The notes beneath the pieces were generated by a model. That model was not told the DNA's origin and ran no database searches. It saw only the letters and a program-made list of their open reading frames with translations. The position numbers and the translations under genes are program-made. Of a stretch of DNA of 32,827 bases, positions 1 through 8,590 are shown one piece after another (the stretch's first letter is position 1; each line of letters opens with the position of its first letter). This stretch comes from a virus. The stretch is taken from UHGV virus genome UHGV-1342882; one strand, written 5' to 3'.

Positions 1-773
1 GCCGCTGGGAGTACAACGTCCAGGAAGGGAAAGAAGATGACGTTGGCAACATCGTACACAAGTACGAGCCGATTCCGGTGCAAAATGTTGAGCCGACGCT
101 GGGTATCGGCGCGCCAACCGACAAAGTGTTTATGATCGAAGAAGCCCAGCGTCCGGGCGAGTATATGACCGCGTTTGAAGATGAGCACGGCACTTACATC
201 ATGAACTCGAAAGATCTGCGCGCCATCGCCCATGTAGAACGCCTGACCAAAATGGGCGTGCATTCGCTGAAAATCGAAGGTCGTACCAAATCTTTCTACT
301 ATTGTGCACGCACCGCACAGGTTTACCGCAAAGCTATCGATGACGCCGCTGCGGGAAAACCGTTCGATACCAGCCTGCTGGAAACTCTGGAAGGTCTGGC
401 GCATCGTGGCTATACCGAAGGTTTCCTGCGTCGTCATACTCACGACGATTATCAGAACTACGAATACGGTTATTCAGTTTCTGACCGCCAGCAGTTTGTT
501 GGTGAGTTTACCGGTGAGCGCAAGGGGGACCTCGCGGCGGTAGCGGTGAAAAATAAATTCTCCGTTGGCGACAGCCTTGAGCTGATGACGCCGCAAGGCA
601 ACATTAATTTTACCCTTGAGCACATGGAAAACGCCAAAGGCGAAGCTATGCCGATAGCACCAGGCGATGGTTATACTGTGTGGCTCCCGGTCCCGCAGGA
701 TCTTGAGCTCAATTACGCGCTGCTGATGCGTAATTTCTCCGGGGAAACCACGCGTAATCCCCACGGTAAGTGA
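1..773 (+). CDS. yegQ: 3' portion of U32-family protein YegQ (RlhA); 5' end lies outside the window
   Basis: Reading frame is open from the window edge through 78..773 (no stop in frame from position 3); translation ends ...RNPHGK; position directly upstream of cyaR matches the E. coli yegQ-cyaR arrangement as I recall it. Confidence 0.7.
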   Translation, partial: RWEYNVQEGKEDDVGNIVHKYEPIPVQNVEPTLGIGAPTDKVFMIEEAQRPGEYMTAFEDEHGTYIMNSKDLRAIAHVERLTKMGVHSLKIEGRTKSFYYCARTAQVYRKAIDDAAAGKPFDTSLLETLEGLAHRGYTEGFLRRHTHDDYQNYEYGYSVSDRQQFVGEFTGERKGDLAAVAVKNKFSVGDSLELMTPQGNINFTLEHMENAKGEAMPIAPGDGYTVWLPVPQDLELNYALLMRNFSGETTRNPHGK

Positions 774-857
774 TTAATTTCGATTATTTTTCCCGGATGG
801 AAAATTCTTAGAAACCGATCACATACAGCTGCATTTATTAAGGTTATCATCCGTTTC

Positions 858-944
858 GCTGAAAAACATAACCCATAAAATGCTAGCTGTACCAGGAACC
901 ACCTCCTTAGCCTGTGTAATCTCCCTTACACGGGCTTATTTTTT
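858..944 (+). ncRNA. cyaR: CyaR (RyeE) Hfq-dependent sRNA; its 3' terminator hairpin overlaps the phage att core
   Basis: Sequence gctgaaaaacataacccataaaatgctagctgtaccaggaaccacctccttagcctgtgtaatctcccttacacgggcttatttttt matches my memory of CyaR; hairpin ctgtgtaa/ttacacgg followed by T-tract. Ends are approximate and not computed. Confidence 0.55.
918..944. repeat. attL core; 27 bp identical to the reverse complement of the P2 att core (aatctcccttacacgggcttatttttt)
   Basis: 923..944 is repeated exactly at 32631..32652; recalled P2 core AAAAAATAAGCCCGTGTAAGGGAGATT. Confidence 0.8.
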
Positions 945-1012
945 GCCTGTAATCTACTGAAATAAATGGATTTATTTCTTACAATGTCCACACATTGACC
1001 ACATCAAACAAA

Positions 1013-1039
1013 CCCCGTCCACAAGGCGGGGTTTTCTTC
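1013..1039 (+). terminator. Rho-independent terminator (hairpin ccccgtc/ggcgggg followed by ttttcttc), likely insulating the prophage from host read-through
   Basis: 7-bp stem with 5-nt loop and T-tract, read directly from sequence. Confidence 0.5.
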
Positions 1040-1109
1040 AAAGGCAAACACGCTAATACTTGAAAGTTATCGCAACCTAAAAGGTTCATACTGCTATGGA
1101 GTTGGAAGC

Positions 1110-2075
1110 ATGAAGCTATACATCATCGGGAATGGGTTTGATCTGCATCACGAACTTGACACGAGCTATTTCTCATTTGGGGATTATCTTCGGAAGAAAG
1201 ATCGAGACATTTACGATCACTTGGTTGAGTTTATGGGATTTACTGACTTACCCCCTTCTCTTTCCGCAGTTGATAAGTCAAAACATTCTCTTTGGTCTGA
1301 TTTCGAAAACAGCTTAGCGGGTCTGGATACAGAGTCGGTGCTCGAAGAGTTTAGCTATCTTTTACCCCAAATTAGCAGCCCCGATTTTCGTGACAGGGAC
1401 TGGAACTCATTATCCATTGAAATGGAACGTATACTAGAAAATTTAACCGAGGGACTTTTAACACAATTCAAGTCATTTATATTGCAGGTTAACTACCCCG
1501 AACTTAATTTAAAAAAAAGATTGCGTATCGATTCTGATTCTATCTTTATCAGTTTTAATTACACTGACACTCTTCAGAAATATTATAGTATTGATGATAG
1601 ACAAATTTTATATATTCATGGGAAAGCATCATCAGATCAACAGTTGATTTTAGGTCATGGTATTGACCCTATCAACTTTGAAGAAAAGGAAGCAGTCCCG
1701 CCCGAAAATGCAACCGATGAAGAACTTGAAGAGTGGCGTCAGTGGATGGCTGATAATTACGATCACTCTTATGAAATGGGAAAGCAGACTATTAATAAAT
1801 ACTTCACTTCTTCTTTTAAGAATACTGAAAAAGTCATTGCTGACAGCGCTAAATTTTTTAAAAATCTCAGTAACGTAGACGAAATCATCATCATCGGCCA
1901 TTCGTTATCATCTGTAGATGTTCCCTACTTTTCTTTTATACATAGCATTGTTAGTAAAAATACGGAATGGATAGCCACCTATTATCAGGAAACTGAGCGT
2001 GAAGCACATCATACAACATTATGTGAGATTGGCATTAAATCTCCCAAACTGATTTCAGTAAGTAAACTTCTATAA
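1110..2075 (+). CDS. AbiH-like abortive infection protein (phage defense cargo)
   Basis: N-terminus MKLYIIGNGFDLHHELDTSYFSFGDYL matches the AbiH family signature as I recall it; AT-rich island; GGAG 8 nt upstream of ATG; lies between attL and the last tail gene. Confidence 0.6.
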   Translation: MKLYIIGNGFDLHHELDTSYFSFGDYLRKKDRDIYDHLVEFMGFTDLPPSLSAVDKSKHSLWSDFENSLAGLDTESVLEEFSYLLPQISSPDFRDRDWNSLSIEMERILENLTEGLLTQFKSFILQVNYPELNLKKRLRIDSDSIFISFNYTDTLQKYYSIDDRQILYIHGKASSDQQLILGHGIDPINFEEKEAVPPENATDEELEEWRQWMADNYDHSYEMGKQTINKYFTSSFKNTEKVIADSAKFFKNLSNVDEIIIIGHSLSSVDVPYFSFIHSIVSKNTEWIATYYQETEREAHHTTLCEIGIKSPKLISVSKLL

Positions 2076-2657
2076 ATAGAACAAAATATCACCCAGAGGG
2101 CGGGGGTTTTTATACGTTCCCTCCCCCTTAGCTAGAGATCCTTTTATCAAAACTTCGTGCATCATTTTGCAAAACCCAAATAAAAGCAAACTAGCCGCCA
2201 GCCCGCGCCGCACAAGGCTTCACAATATCCGCCCCCGAAAACCATCGGATACAACCGAATCATTTTGATCGTCACGGAAACTAAAACGATCCTTTTAAAA
2301 ACATCATGTTATCCAGTCGGTTAGCGACTGGCGACGCGGTGACTTTTGCAAAGTGCTGCAAATCTTTGCGCAGAGTGCAAACGCCCGCAGGATGCAAAAG
2401 CCCAGCAGCGGCGCAGGCTGGCGGGGTGCTTTGCACAAAATTTCTTTTGCAAAATTTTTATGATCCAAACTGCGCAGGCGGGTGCGGTGTAGCGCCGTTT
2501 CCGTCTTGGATCCGCTTCCGTCTGCCTGCTGTCGCTTACGCTGTGGGCCGCTGTTGAACAAACGAAAGAAAGGCCGCACGGTGGCGACCTTTAATATTTG
2601 CGCCTGCTGTGGCGCGTTCTGTGGTGTCTGGTGAGGTGTGCGGTAATGCCGTTTTTG

Positions 2658-4382
2658 TCAGGCTATCAGGGGACCGTATTTGCTTTTCAATGTACCGGTT
2701 TTAGTGGCCGTTGCGCTGAACTGCGCAGCCTGCCCGCTGGCCCCTGTGTTGGGGTGAGTATGTGACGCGGCAGTCTCTGCCAGTTCCCTCACCACGTCCA
2801 GGGTGTCGGTGAGTAGTGTCAGGACGTTAATCTCTTCGCTTCCCAGTTTTACCACCGGGGCAATCAGCTGTTGCGCCTGGGCCACACTTCGGCGGATACC
2901 GCTGATTTTCTCAGTCAGTGCGCCGCTGACGTTTGACGTGACATTCCCTTTCACGTCGTCTGTAACATCGCCCGCGACGTCCCGTTTTGCGTTCCGGCCA
3001 ACACTGACGGAATTGTCCTTGCTGCAGGTTACTGTCAGGTTGCCGGATGTGCCGATACTGTAATCACCCTCGCTGATATGGACCACCGCCCCGGCCAGAA
3101 GAGTGGCCGTGCCAAGCACGGTTGTTTTATCCGTTGCCTGGACCGTAGTTTCACGGACAACCACTTTGCGGATCTCTTCGTCGGTGGTGACTTCGCGCAT
3201 CATGGAGTTTTCGCGGATTGTCTGGTCCGTCTGGCGTTCCCAGTCTCCGGCAACCGTCACGCGCTGCGATACACCATCGCGCTGTTGCTGCAACTGCTCG
3301 CCGGGTTTAACCGCTGGCAGGTTATGACCCTCCGCCATAATCTGGCGCACGAAGGGCTTATCCTGCCGCCCCTCAGTGAACCCGATTTCAACCAGCGTGC
3401 CAGGGGGCGGAAACTGGAACATTCCCGACTCGCTGCCCGCCATTGGTACAGGTAGCGGAACGGCAGAATAAACCGGCGTATTTGCGGCTGGCTTGCCGTA
3501 TTCGTCAAGCAGCTGGAGATCCACGGCATAGCGCGGGCGGAATGGATCGGCAATATTACCCCCTGAAACATCCTCGCTTGGCGCTTCCACCCTGGCGAAT
3601 TTTGGAAGATGCAGGCCGCTTGCCAGCTCCGGGAATGCGTTTTCAATCTGCCGCTGAATGGGTGATTTTTGCAATGGCTGGCCGTTGGCTTTGTTGCGTG
3701 GCTGCCAGGTGATTGTCATGTCGTCGTTATTTAGCCGGACCTGGTTTAACCGCTGGCCGTTCACCTCAGCACCCGGGCGCAGGCTCTGAATCATCGGCAC
3801 AACCATTGAATTGCCGCCCGCCGATGCCTGGCTAAATTCGTGCGGGATCTCTACTGGTTTACCCGCAAAAAGACTGTGCTCAGCAGCACCGACGAAGACA
3901 TCCCCGTCCGGCAGCTGATACCAAAGATAATCCGTCACTGAAAATGCTCGGCCCAGACTGGCAAAAAGCTGGTAGCCCGTGCCGCTGTGCGTAAAGTGGG
4001 GGATCGGTTTATCTGCATAAGCAGCGCCGACCGGCGTTGTGACGGTCAGCCCGCTTTGCTCACTTATCCAGTCAGTAATCTGGCGCAACGTTGGATGCTG
4101 GAAAGAACACGGCCACAATTTATCAAAGATGCCGACCAGCTCACGCACGAACAACCGGCATGTTCCATTATCAGCAGGCTGTGACCGTTCGACGTATCCG
4201 GTAAACCAGCGCAGGACCAGACCATCATAACCAACATCGATACGCACCATTTTGCCGGTGTAATCTGTCTCTGTCCCCGCCGTAATAACCCCCCGACCGC
4301 ACGCGTTCAGCTCCAGCACGATATTGCAGTCAATCAGATGGACCGGATCAGAGGAAAGGTACAGGCGTTTAATTGGTTTCAT
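2658..4382 (-). CDS. Putative baseplate hub / central spike protein (gpD/gpV- or VgrG-like); terminal gene of the tail operon
   Basis: 574 aa; C-terminal half has short repetitive beta-strand-like segments (VTCSKDNSVSVG, VAGDVTDDVKGNVTSNVSG) and an HTHPNTG motif near the C-terminus; position at distal end of late operon. Weak, position-based call. Confidence 0.35.
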   Translation of the reverse strand: MKPIKRLYLSSDPVHLIDCNIVLELNACGRGVITAGTETDYTGKMVRIDVGYDGLVLRWFTGYVERSQPADNGTCRLFVRELVGIFDKLWPCSFQHPTLRQITDWISEQSGLTVTTPVGAAYADKPIPHFTHSGTGYQLFASLGRAFSVTDYLWYQLPDGDVFVGAAEHSLFAGKPVEIPHEFSQASAGGNSMVVPMIQSLRPGAEVNGQRLNQVRLNNDDMTITWQPRNKANGQPLQKSPIQRQIENAFPELASGLHLPKFARVEAPSEDVSGGNIADPFRPRYAVDLQLLDEYGKPAANTPVYSAVPLPVPMAGSESGMFQFPPPGTLVEIGFTEGRQDKPFVRQIMAEGHNLPAVKPGEQLQQQRDGVSQRVTVAGDWERQTDQTIRENSMMREVTTDEEIRKVVVRETTVQATDKTTVLGTATLLAGAVVHISEGDYSIGTSGNLTVTCSKDNSVSVGRNAKRDVAGDVTDDVKGNVTSNVSGALTEKISGIRRSVAQAQQLIAPVVKLGSEEINVLTLLTDTLDVVRELAETAASHTHPNTGASGQAAQFSATATKTGTLKSKYGPLIA

Positions 4383-4389
4383 CGTTTAA

Positions 4390-4932
4390 TTACCCCAGCG
4401 CATCGTTGACCGGCTTTAAGACCTTTTCTTCAAACCAGCTCATTTTGTCGGCTGGTTCATCAGCACCGGCAGCCGGACCCGCGCCCTTTGCCCCTGTTTG
4501 CCTGGTGGTGGCCGTCGCGTTGCCTTTTCTGGCCTGTCGTTTTTCCGGGACGCTGCCTTTTTCACGCAGGGTGAAACTTACCTGCCAGGCAAGGCGATCC
4601 TCCTGCGGTACGGCATCAATCTGACCGGTGAACGTGGCTTCACGAAGGTTGATAGCCGTTGCCGTCGCATTGGCAACACGGTACTTTTTCAGTGCTCCGC
4701 TGGCTTCGGTTGCGGATGCCAGCTGAAAAAGCCGCTGTAAAACGGCTTCATCGTCGAATGTCACCAGACCCGACACGCGCAGCTCTTTGGCCTTGATACC
4801 CTGTTCAGCATTGGCCGTGCTCGATGTCTGGCCCGACTGGTCCTTCTCCTGAAACTGCATGGAAGGTGAAACCAGCATGTTCTGCATGGCGATCCCTTCA
4901 CCATCAAGCGCGAGTAATGCGGTCTGGCTCAT
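4390..4932 (-). CDS. Hypothetical tail/baseplate-associated protein
   Basis: 180-aa ORF within the tail operon, co-oriented and tightly packed; no family recognised. Confidence 0.4.
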   Translation of the reverse strand: MSQTALLALDGEGIAMQNMLVSPSMQFQEKDQSGQTSSTANAEQGIKAKELRVSGLVTFDDEAVLQRLFQLASATEASGALKKYRVANATATAINLREATFTGQIDAVPQEDRLAWQVSFTLREKGSVPEKRQARKGNATATTRQTGAKGAGPAAGADEPADKMSWFEEKVLKPVNDALG

Positions 4933-5674
4933 GTAGCATCCTCCCTAAGTCAGATAACGAATCCCCGATAAACATCATCGCGGCGGTATGCACTGCCGTT
5001 GTTTGCGGGATGCCTTTCAGCAATTCAGCGGCAGCAACGGCATAACTCCCGCTGTAACTGAATGAAAAAATATTCGCACTGGCGGCTTTCAGGTCGTCCA
5101 GTCCCTGGCTGAGTGAGGACAGCAAACCGGCCCGTTCCTGAATAAATCCCGTCACCTGGTTTTTTAGATCTGTTGTGGTGGTACTGACTGCGGCGGCCAG
5201 CTGCGCGGCGGCAACACGCCGGGCATTCAGCGCCAGCCGGTTGGTTGAGACTGATAACGGCGCACTGGCTGGCAATACATCGGCTTTAACCGGCAACTGC
5301 ATTTTTACCGTGCTGAGTTCTGCGGCGGCTGCCGCCATGCGGCTTACCTGCGTAAAAACGGGGGCAGGAAATACGGTGGACAGTTTATTCAGCCCCTGCA
5401 TAAATGCGTCGTGGGTATTCTCCGCTACCATCATGACGATAACATCGCCGCTACCGCCACCGGATAACAGCTTTTTAGCAAGATATCCCATCGCATTGGC
5501 CGGACTAAGATAAGCGCCTGAATCCGTGGACTGCCCCAGCCCATACACCCACGGATGGGCCGGAATGATTGAACAGGATAATGCCGACATATCATCGGCA
5601 ATCCTTATAATTGAATCACGCCACATCGGCAGGTTGCTCCGGCCAGACAATATCTGTCGCTGAGTCGGTATCAA
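4904..5674 (-). CDS. Hypothetical tail-associated protein (start uncertain; alternative starts near 5626 or 5590)
   Basis: 256-aa ORF, Ala/Ser-rich; longest-ORF start overlaps the tail fibre assembly gene by 59 nt, so the true start is probably internal. Confidence 0.4.
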   Translation of the reverse strand: MIPTQRQILSGRSNLPMWRDSIIRIADDMSALSCSIIPAHPWVYGLGQSTDSGAYLSPANAMGYLAKKLLSGGGSGDVIVMMVAENTHDAFMQGLNKLSTVFPAPVFTQVSRMAAAAAELSTVKMQLPVKADVLPASAPLSVSTNRLALNARRVAAAQLAAAVSTTTTDLKNQVTGFIQERAGLLSSLSQGLDDLKAASANIFSFSYSGSYAVAAAELLKGIPQTTAVHTAAMMFIGDSLSDLGRMLHEPDRITRA

Positions 5675-6053
5675 TGCGCATCAGCGATACCCTGTATTCA
5701 CGCCAGGCAGTAAAAAGCGCTTTTTCTGCGTCCGTCGCTTTACCCAGATCAACGGCATCCTGCAAAGGTGCCAGGATATTGCTGGCCGCAGCCATCAGGG
5801 CAGATTTTTGCGTCTCAGCCCTTACGATTGATTCTTCTTCAGAAAGCGGTAGGGGGTCAGAAAGGACCGGCTGACCATATTCATTTGGGATGATGATACG
5901 CCCTGAACTCTTATCAATCAGATACTGATACCAGCGCTCAGAAATCAACAAGGCGTCAGCAGGCCAGCCCAGTTCCGATTTTTCATAATCTGGCTTCAAC
6001 GAAAGGAAGAAAAATCCATTCATGGAAGCACTGTAATAATATTGCTCATCCAT
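5616..6053 (-). CDS. Tail fibre assembly protein (Tfa / gpG-like chaperone)
   Basis: 145 aa directly downstream of the tail fibre gene; N-terminus MDEQYYYSASMNGFF is typical of enterobacterial phage Tfa proteins as I recall. Confidence 0.7.
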   Translation of the reverse strand: MDEQYYYSASMNGFFFLSLKPDYEKSELGWPADALLISERWYQYLIDKSSGRIIIPNEYGQPVLSDPLPLSEEESIVRAETQKSALMAAASNILAPLQDAVDLGKATDAEKALFTAWREYRVSLMRIDTDSATDIVWPEQPADVA

Positions 6054-6056
6054 TTT

Positions 6057-7979
6057 TTAATATCCCGTTGCCAGCCAGAACAAAGGAAAGCCCTGGTTTG
6101 CGTTAAGCCTTGCCGTCGTATTGGAATATTGCGACACCGAACATTCGAGCGTCCCGGCCACATTCGAGGTAAAAGGCGTGACCTGAATATTCCGGCACGC
6201 ATTCGGGAATGCGATCGGGAACGTAATATTTTGATAACCGGACGTCTGGTTCGTGTAACCCCACTGACGGATCCTTCCTGTTGTTCCGTCGCGCTCCCAG
6301 CCGTTTTGCCCCAGGCTGGCCGTATTCTTCAGGTTATAGCGTGCGTCGCTCTCGGCTTTTGTATACGACCCAATCGACCCCGCCGAAATGGTGATGTTTG
6401 CTGTACCGTTAAATGCCACGCCGTTGATGGTGCGGGCGGTTTGCAATTGTGACGCTGAAACCGCATTACCATTTGACGCAAGAGCGCCAATCTCTGCCGG
6501 GGTGGGCTTGTTCGCCACATCATAGGCTTTTGTCCATGCAGACCAGGTGCCACCATAAAGCGTTCGGGCATAACTGCGGGAATTGTTGTACACGCGATAA
6601 ATTTGCGTGATTCCGGCATGCTTAAGGACTTCAAGAGAACCCGCGATCGCCTCCGGGTAATTCGTCCCGGTTTGCGCCTGCGCGTTCGCGGGCTGGTAAT
6701 AAAGCCCTGGCGTGGTGTAGTTGTTCAGATTTGCTGCATTACCAATCCCTTCGGCCAACCGAAAAATATCAGACGGGAAAAGATCGATATTACTCGATAG
6801 CGCTCGACCGTTAACCGTTCGTGTTGAGGGCACGCGACTATTAGCATTATCGTTAGCCGCCTTAACTGCTTTCGGCGTCGCGGCGACGGCTTCCGACTCG
6901 CTGTCGGTGGCGCTGCTCAGTTGAATAATCCCTTTCTGCGCTGTCGTAGCGTCCTGCGCGGTGTATTTACCTTTCGCCAGGTCATAGGTTGCCTTAACCG
7001 CTTTCGGCGTTGCCGCTACTTCTTCAGAATCGCTATCCGTGGCGCTGCTTAATTGCGTGAATCCCTTTGCGGTTGTGGTGGCGTCCGGGTGGTTGCGTGA
7101 TTGTTCGTGTTTTTTCAGCGCATCACTGGCCTGTTGCTCGTTCAGCGTACCTTTTGGACGAAGATCGGTAATGACGCCGTTTGCGTCGATACTCGCAAGG
7201 GCAAACACGAAATGTTGCTCACCATTCTGCACGTAATCTTTAAGGTCGGCGGCAACCGTGATTTTGCTTTGTACCGCCCAAATGCTCGTAAGCGTTCCCA
7301 TCCACGCCACATCCAGCCAGACCTTAACCGGCTTTGTTGACACGGTAATATTCTGGTTTGCGGCCAACACTGAACGCAGACCGGCAAGGTATCCAGTACC
7401 TTTAGTGACAAAATACTGGGTGCCTGTTTTCGCGACCAGATAACCCGCATCAAAGAACGACGCCGCACCATACAGATCGATATTTTCGCGGCGCTGGCGT
7501 TCATCCATTGCCGCCAGACGGGCAGTAAAATCAATCTGCCATGTCTCTGCCGGGGTGGTAATTTCCGTTGCTTCCCTGGCTCCGCTGTATTCCATCAGCA
7601 TGGAACGGACCAGAACGTTTCCCTGCTGGCCGTTCGCATTTTTGATTTTACGCTGGGTCGGGGCATGAATAATCATCGCCAGTGTACCGGTGGCTTTATT
7701 TGCCAGACCGATCCAGTTGAAATCAAAATCACCCACATCTGCCCCCATCGTGACGGAATAAACGACAGAGTTTTCATTCACAACACCGGATTTACTCACC
7801 ACCTGACGATAAACAATTTTATCCGCTGCGGGTGCTGTCTCGGTATTATCAATCGGCTTATCAGCATCCAGCCCCGGAATATACGCGAAAATAAATTCAT
7901 CCAGCGTGACGGGCTGATTATTAATAGCCTGCTGGGCTTTCCACTCTGTAAATGCTTTTGTAATAACAGCCTGTGACAT
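6057..7979 (-). CDS. Tail fibre protein
   Basis: 640 aa; contains the collar segment HEQSRNHPDATTTAKGFTQLSSATDSDSEEVAATPKAVKATYDLAKGKYTAQDATTAQKG that closely resembles the P2 gpH segment I recall; internal tandem duplication of the QLSSATDS..VAATPKAVKA motif. Confidence 0.8.
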   Translation of the reverse strand: MSQAVITKAFTEWKAQQAINNQPVTLDEFIFAYIPGLDADKPIDNTETAPAADKIVYRQVVSKSGVVNENSVVYSVTMGADVGDFDFNWIGLANKATGTLAMIIHAPTQRKIKNANGQQGNVLVRSMLMEYSGAREATEITTPAETWQIDFTARLAAMDERQRRENIDLYGAASFFDAGYLVAKTGTQYFVTKGTGYLAGLRSVLAANQNITVSTKPVKVWLDVAWMGTLTSIWAVQSKITVAADLKDYVQNGEQHFVFALASIDANGVITDLRPKGTLNEQQASDALKKHEQSRNHPDATTTAKGFTQLSSATDSDSEEVAATPKAVKATYDLAKGKYTAQDATTAQKGIIQLSSATDSESEAVAATPKAVKAANDNANSRVPSTRTVNGRALSSNIDLFPSDIFRLAEGIGNAANLNNYTTPGLYYQPANAQAQTGTNYPEAIAGSLEVLKHAGITQIYRVYNNSRSYARTLYGGTWSAWTKAYDVANKPTPAEIGALASNGNAVSASQLQTARTINGVAFNGTANITISAGSIGSYTKAESDARYNLKNTASLGQNGWERDGTTGRIRQWGYTNQTSGYQNITFPIAFPNACRNIQVTPFTSNVAGTLECSVSQYSNTTARLNANQGFPLFWLATGY

Positions 7980-7990
7980 AGGTTTTTCCT

Positions 7991-8590
7991 CTACTTCAAA
8001 CTTGCGCTGTATGTTATTTGGGGCTGGTTATTCACATCACTCAGGGTGGCATAACAGCAAATATATTCCCCCTGATACCAGCCAATATTGATATTCAGTG
8101 GCAGGGATGTGATCACTTCAAACTGGTAACGGCGGCATGTACGCCCATATTTACGGATAATTTCCAGCAGGAGATCGCCATTTTCCGCAATCTGACTATT
8201 TGTCACCCGAACGACAATCACATCCCAGTCGAGTCCGTCCTGCCGTTCCAGTAATTCAACATAACCAATCCCCAGTCGCTCAAAAATGGCAATAAAGCCC
8301 GCCACCTCTCCGGCCTGCTGCGCATTGATAAATGCGTAGCTCACCCGTTTGCGGAAGATGTCGAGCGGCTCCCCCTTAAACCGATCGATATCGCGTTCCC
8401 AGGCAATCAGGTTTAACAGCGGTTCGGGGCAGACCAGCGGGTCAAACTGCTTTAACGGCCAGGAGATCCACCCGTACACCTGCGACCAGAACTTCACGCA
8501 GGCCCGCAGCAGCCTGGCGGGGTCGCCTTTGTTCAGCCACGACGGCAATTTCAGACCGGCAAGCAACTTTGAAAACTCAGTCATTCTCAA
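7991..8590 (-). CDS. Baseplate/tail protein (gpI-like, DUF2313-type)
   Basis: 199 aa immediately downstream of the baseplate J-like gene and upstream of the tail fibre; call is mainly positional. Confidence 0.5.
   Translation of the reverse strand: MRMTEFSKLLAGLKLPSWLNKGDPARLLRACVKFWSQVYGWISWPLKQFDPLVCPEPLLNLIAWERDIDRFKGEPLDIFRKRVSYAFINAQQAGEVAGFIAIFERLGIGYVELLERQDGLDWDVIVVRVTNSQIAENGDLLLEIIRKYGRTCRRYQFEVITSLPLNINIGWYQGEYICCYATLSDVNNQPQITYSASLK

Noticed and set aside
304-764. ORFs 304..543 (+) and 474..764 (-) overlapping the yegQ reading frame
   Set aside because: Both lie within or antisense to a well-supported longer CDS and have no independent signal; typical six-frame artefacts.
2304-2579. 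Overlapping ORFs 2304..2579 (-) and 2306..2557 (+) in the non-coding region after the AbiH-like gene
   Set aside because: They overlap each other on opposite strands, have no RBS and unusual Cys/Arg-rich composition; more likely non-coding repeat-containing DNA.
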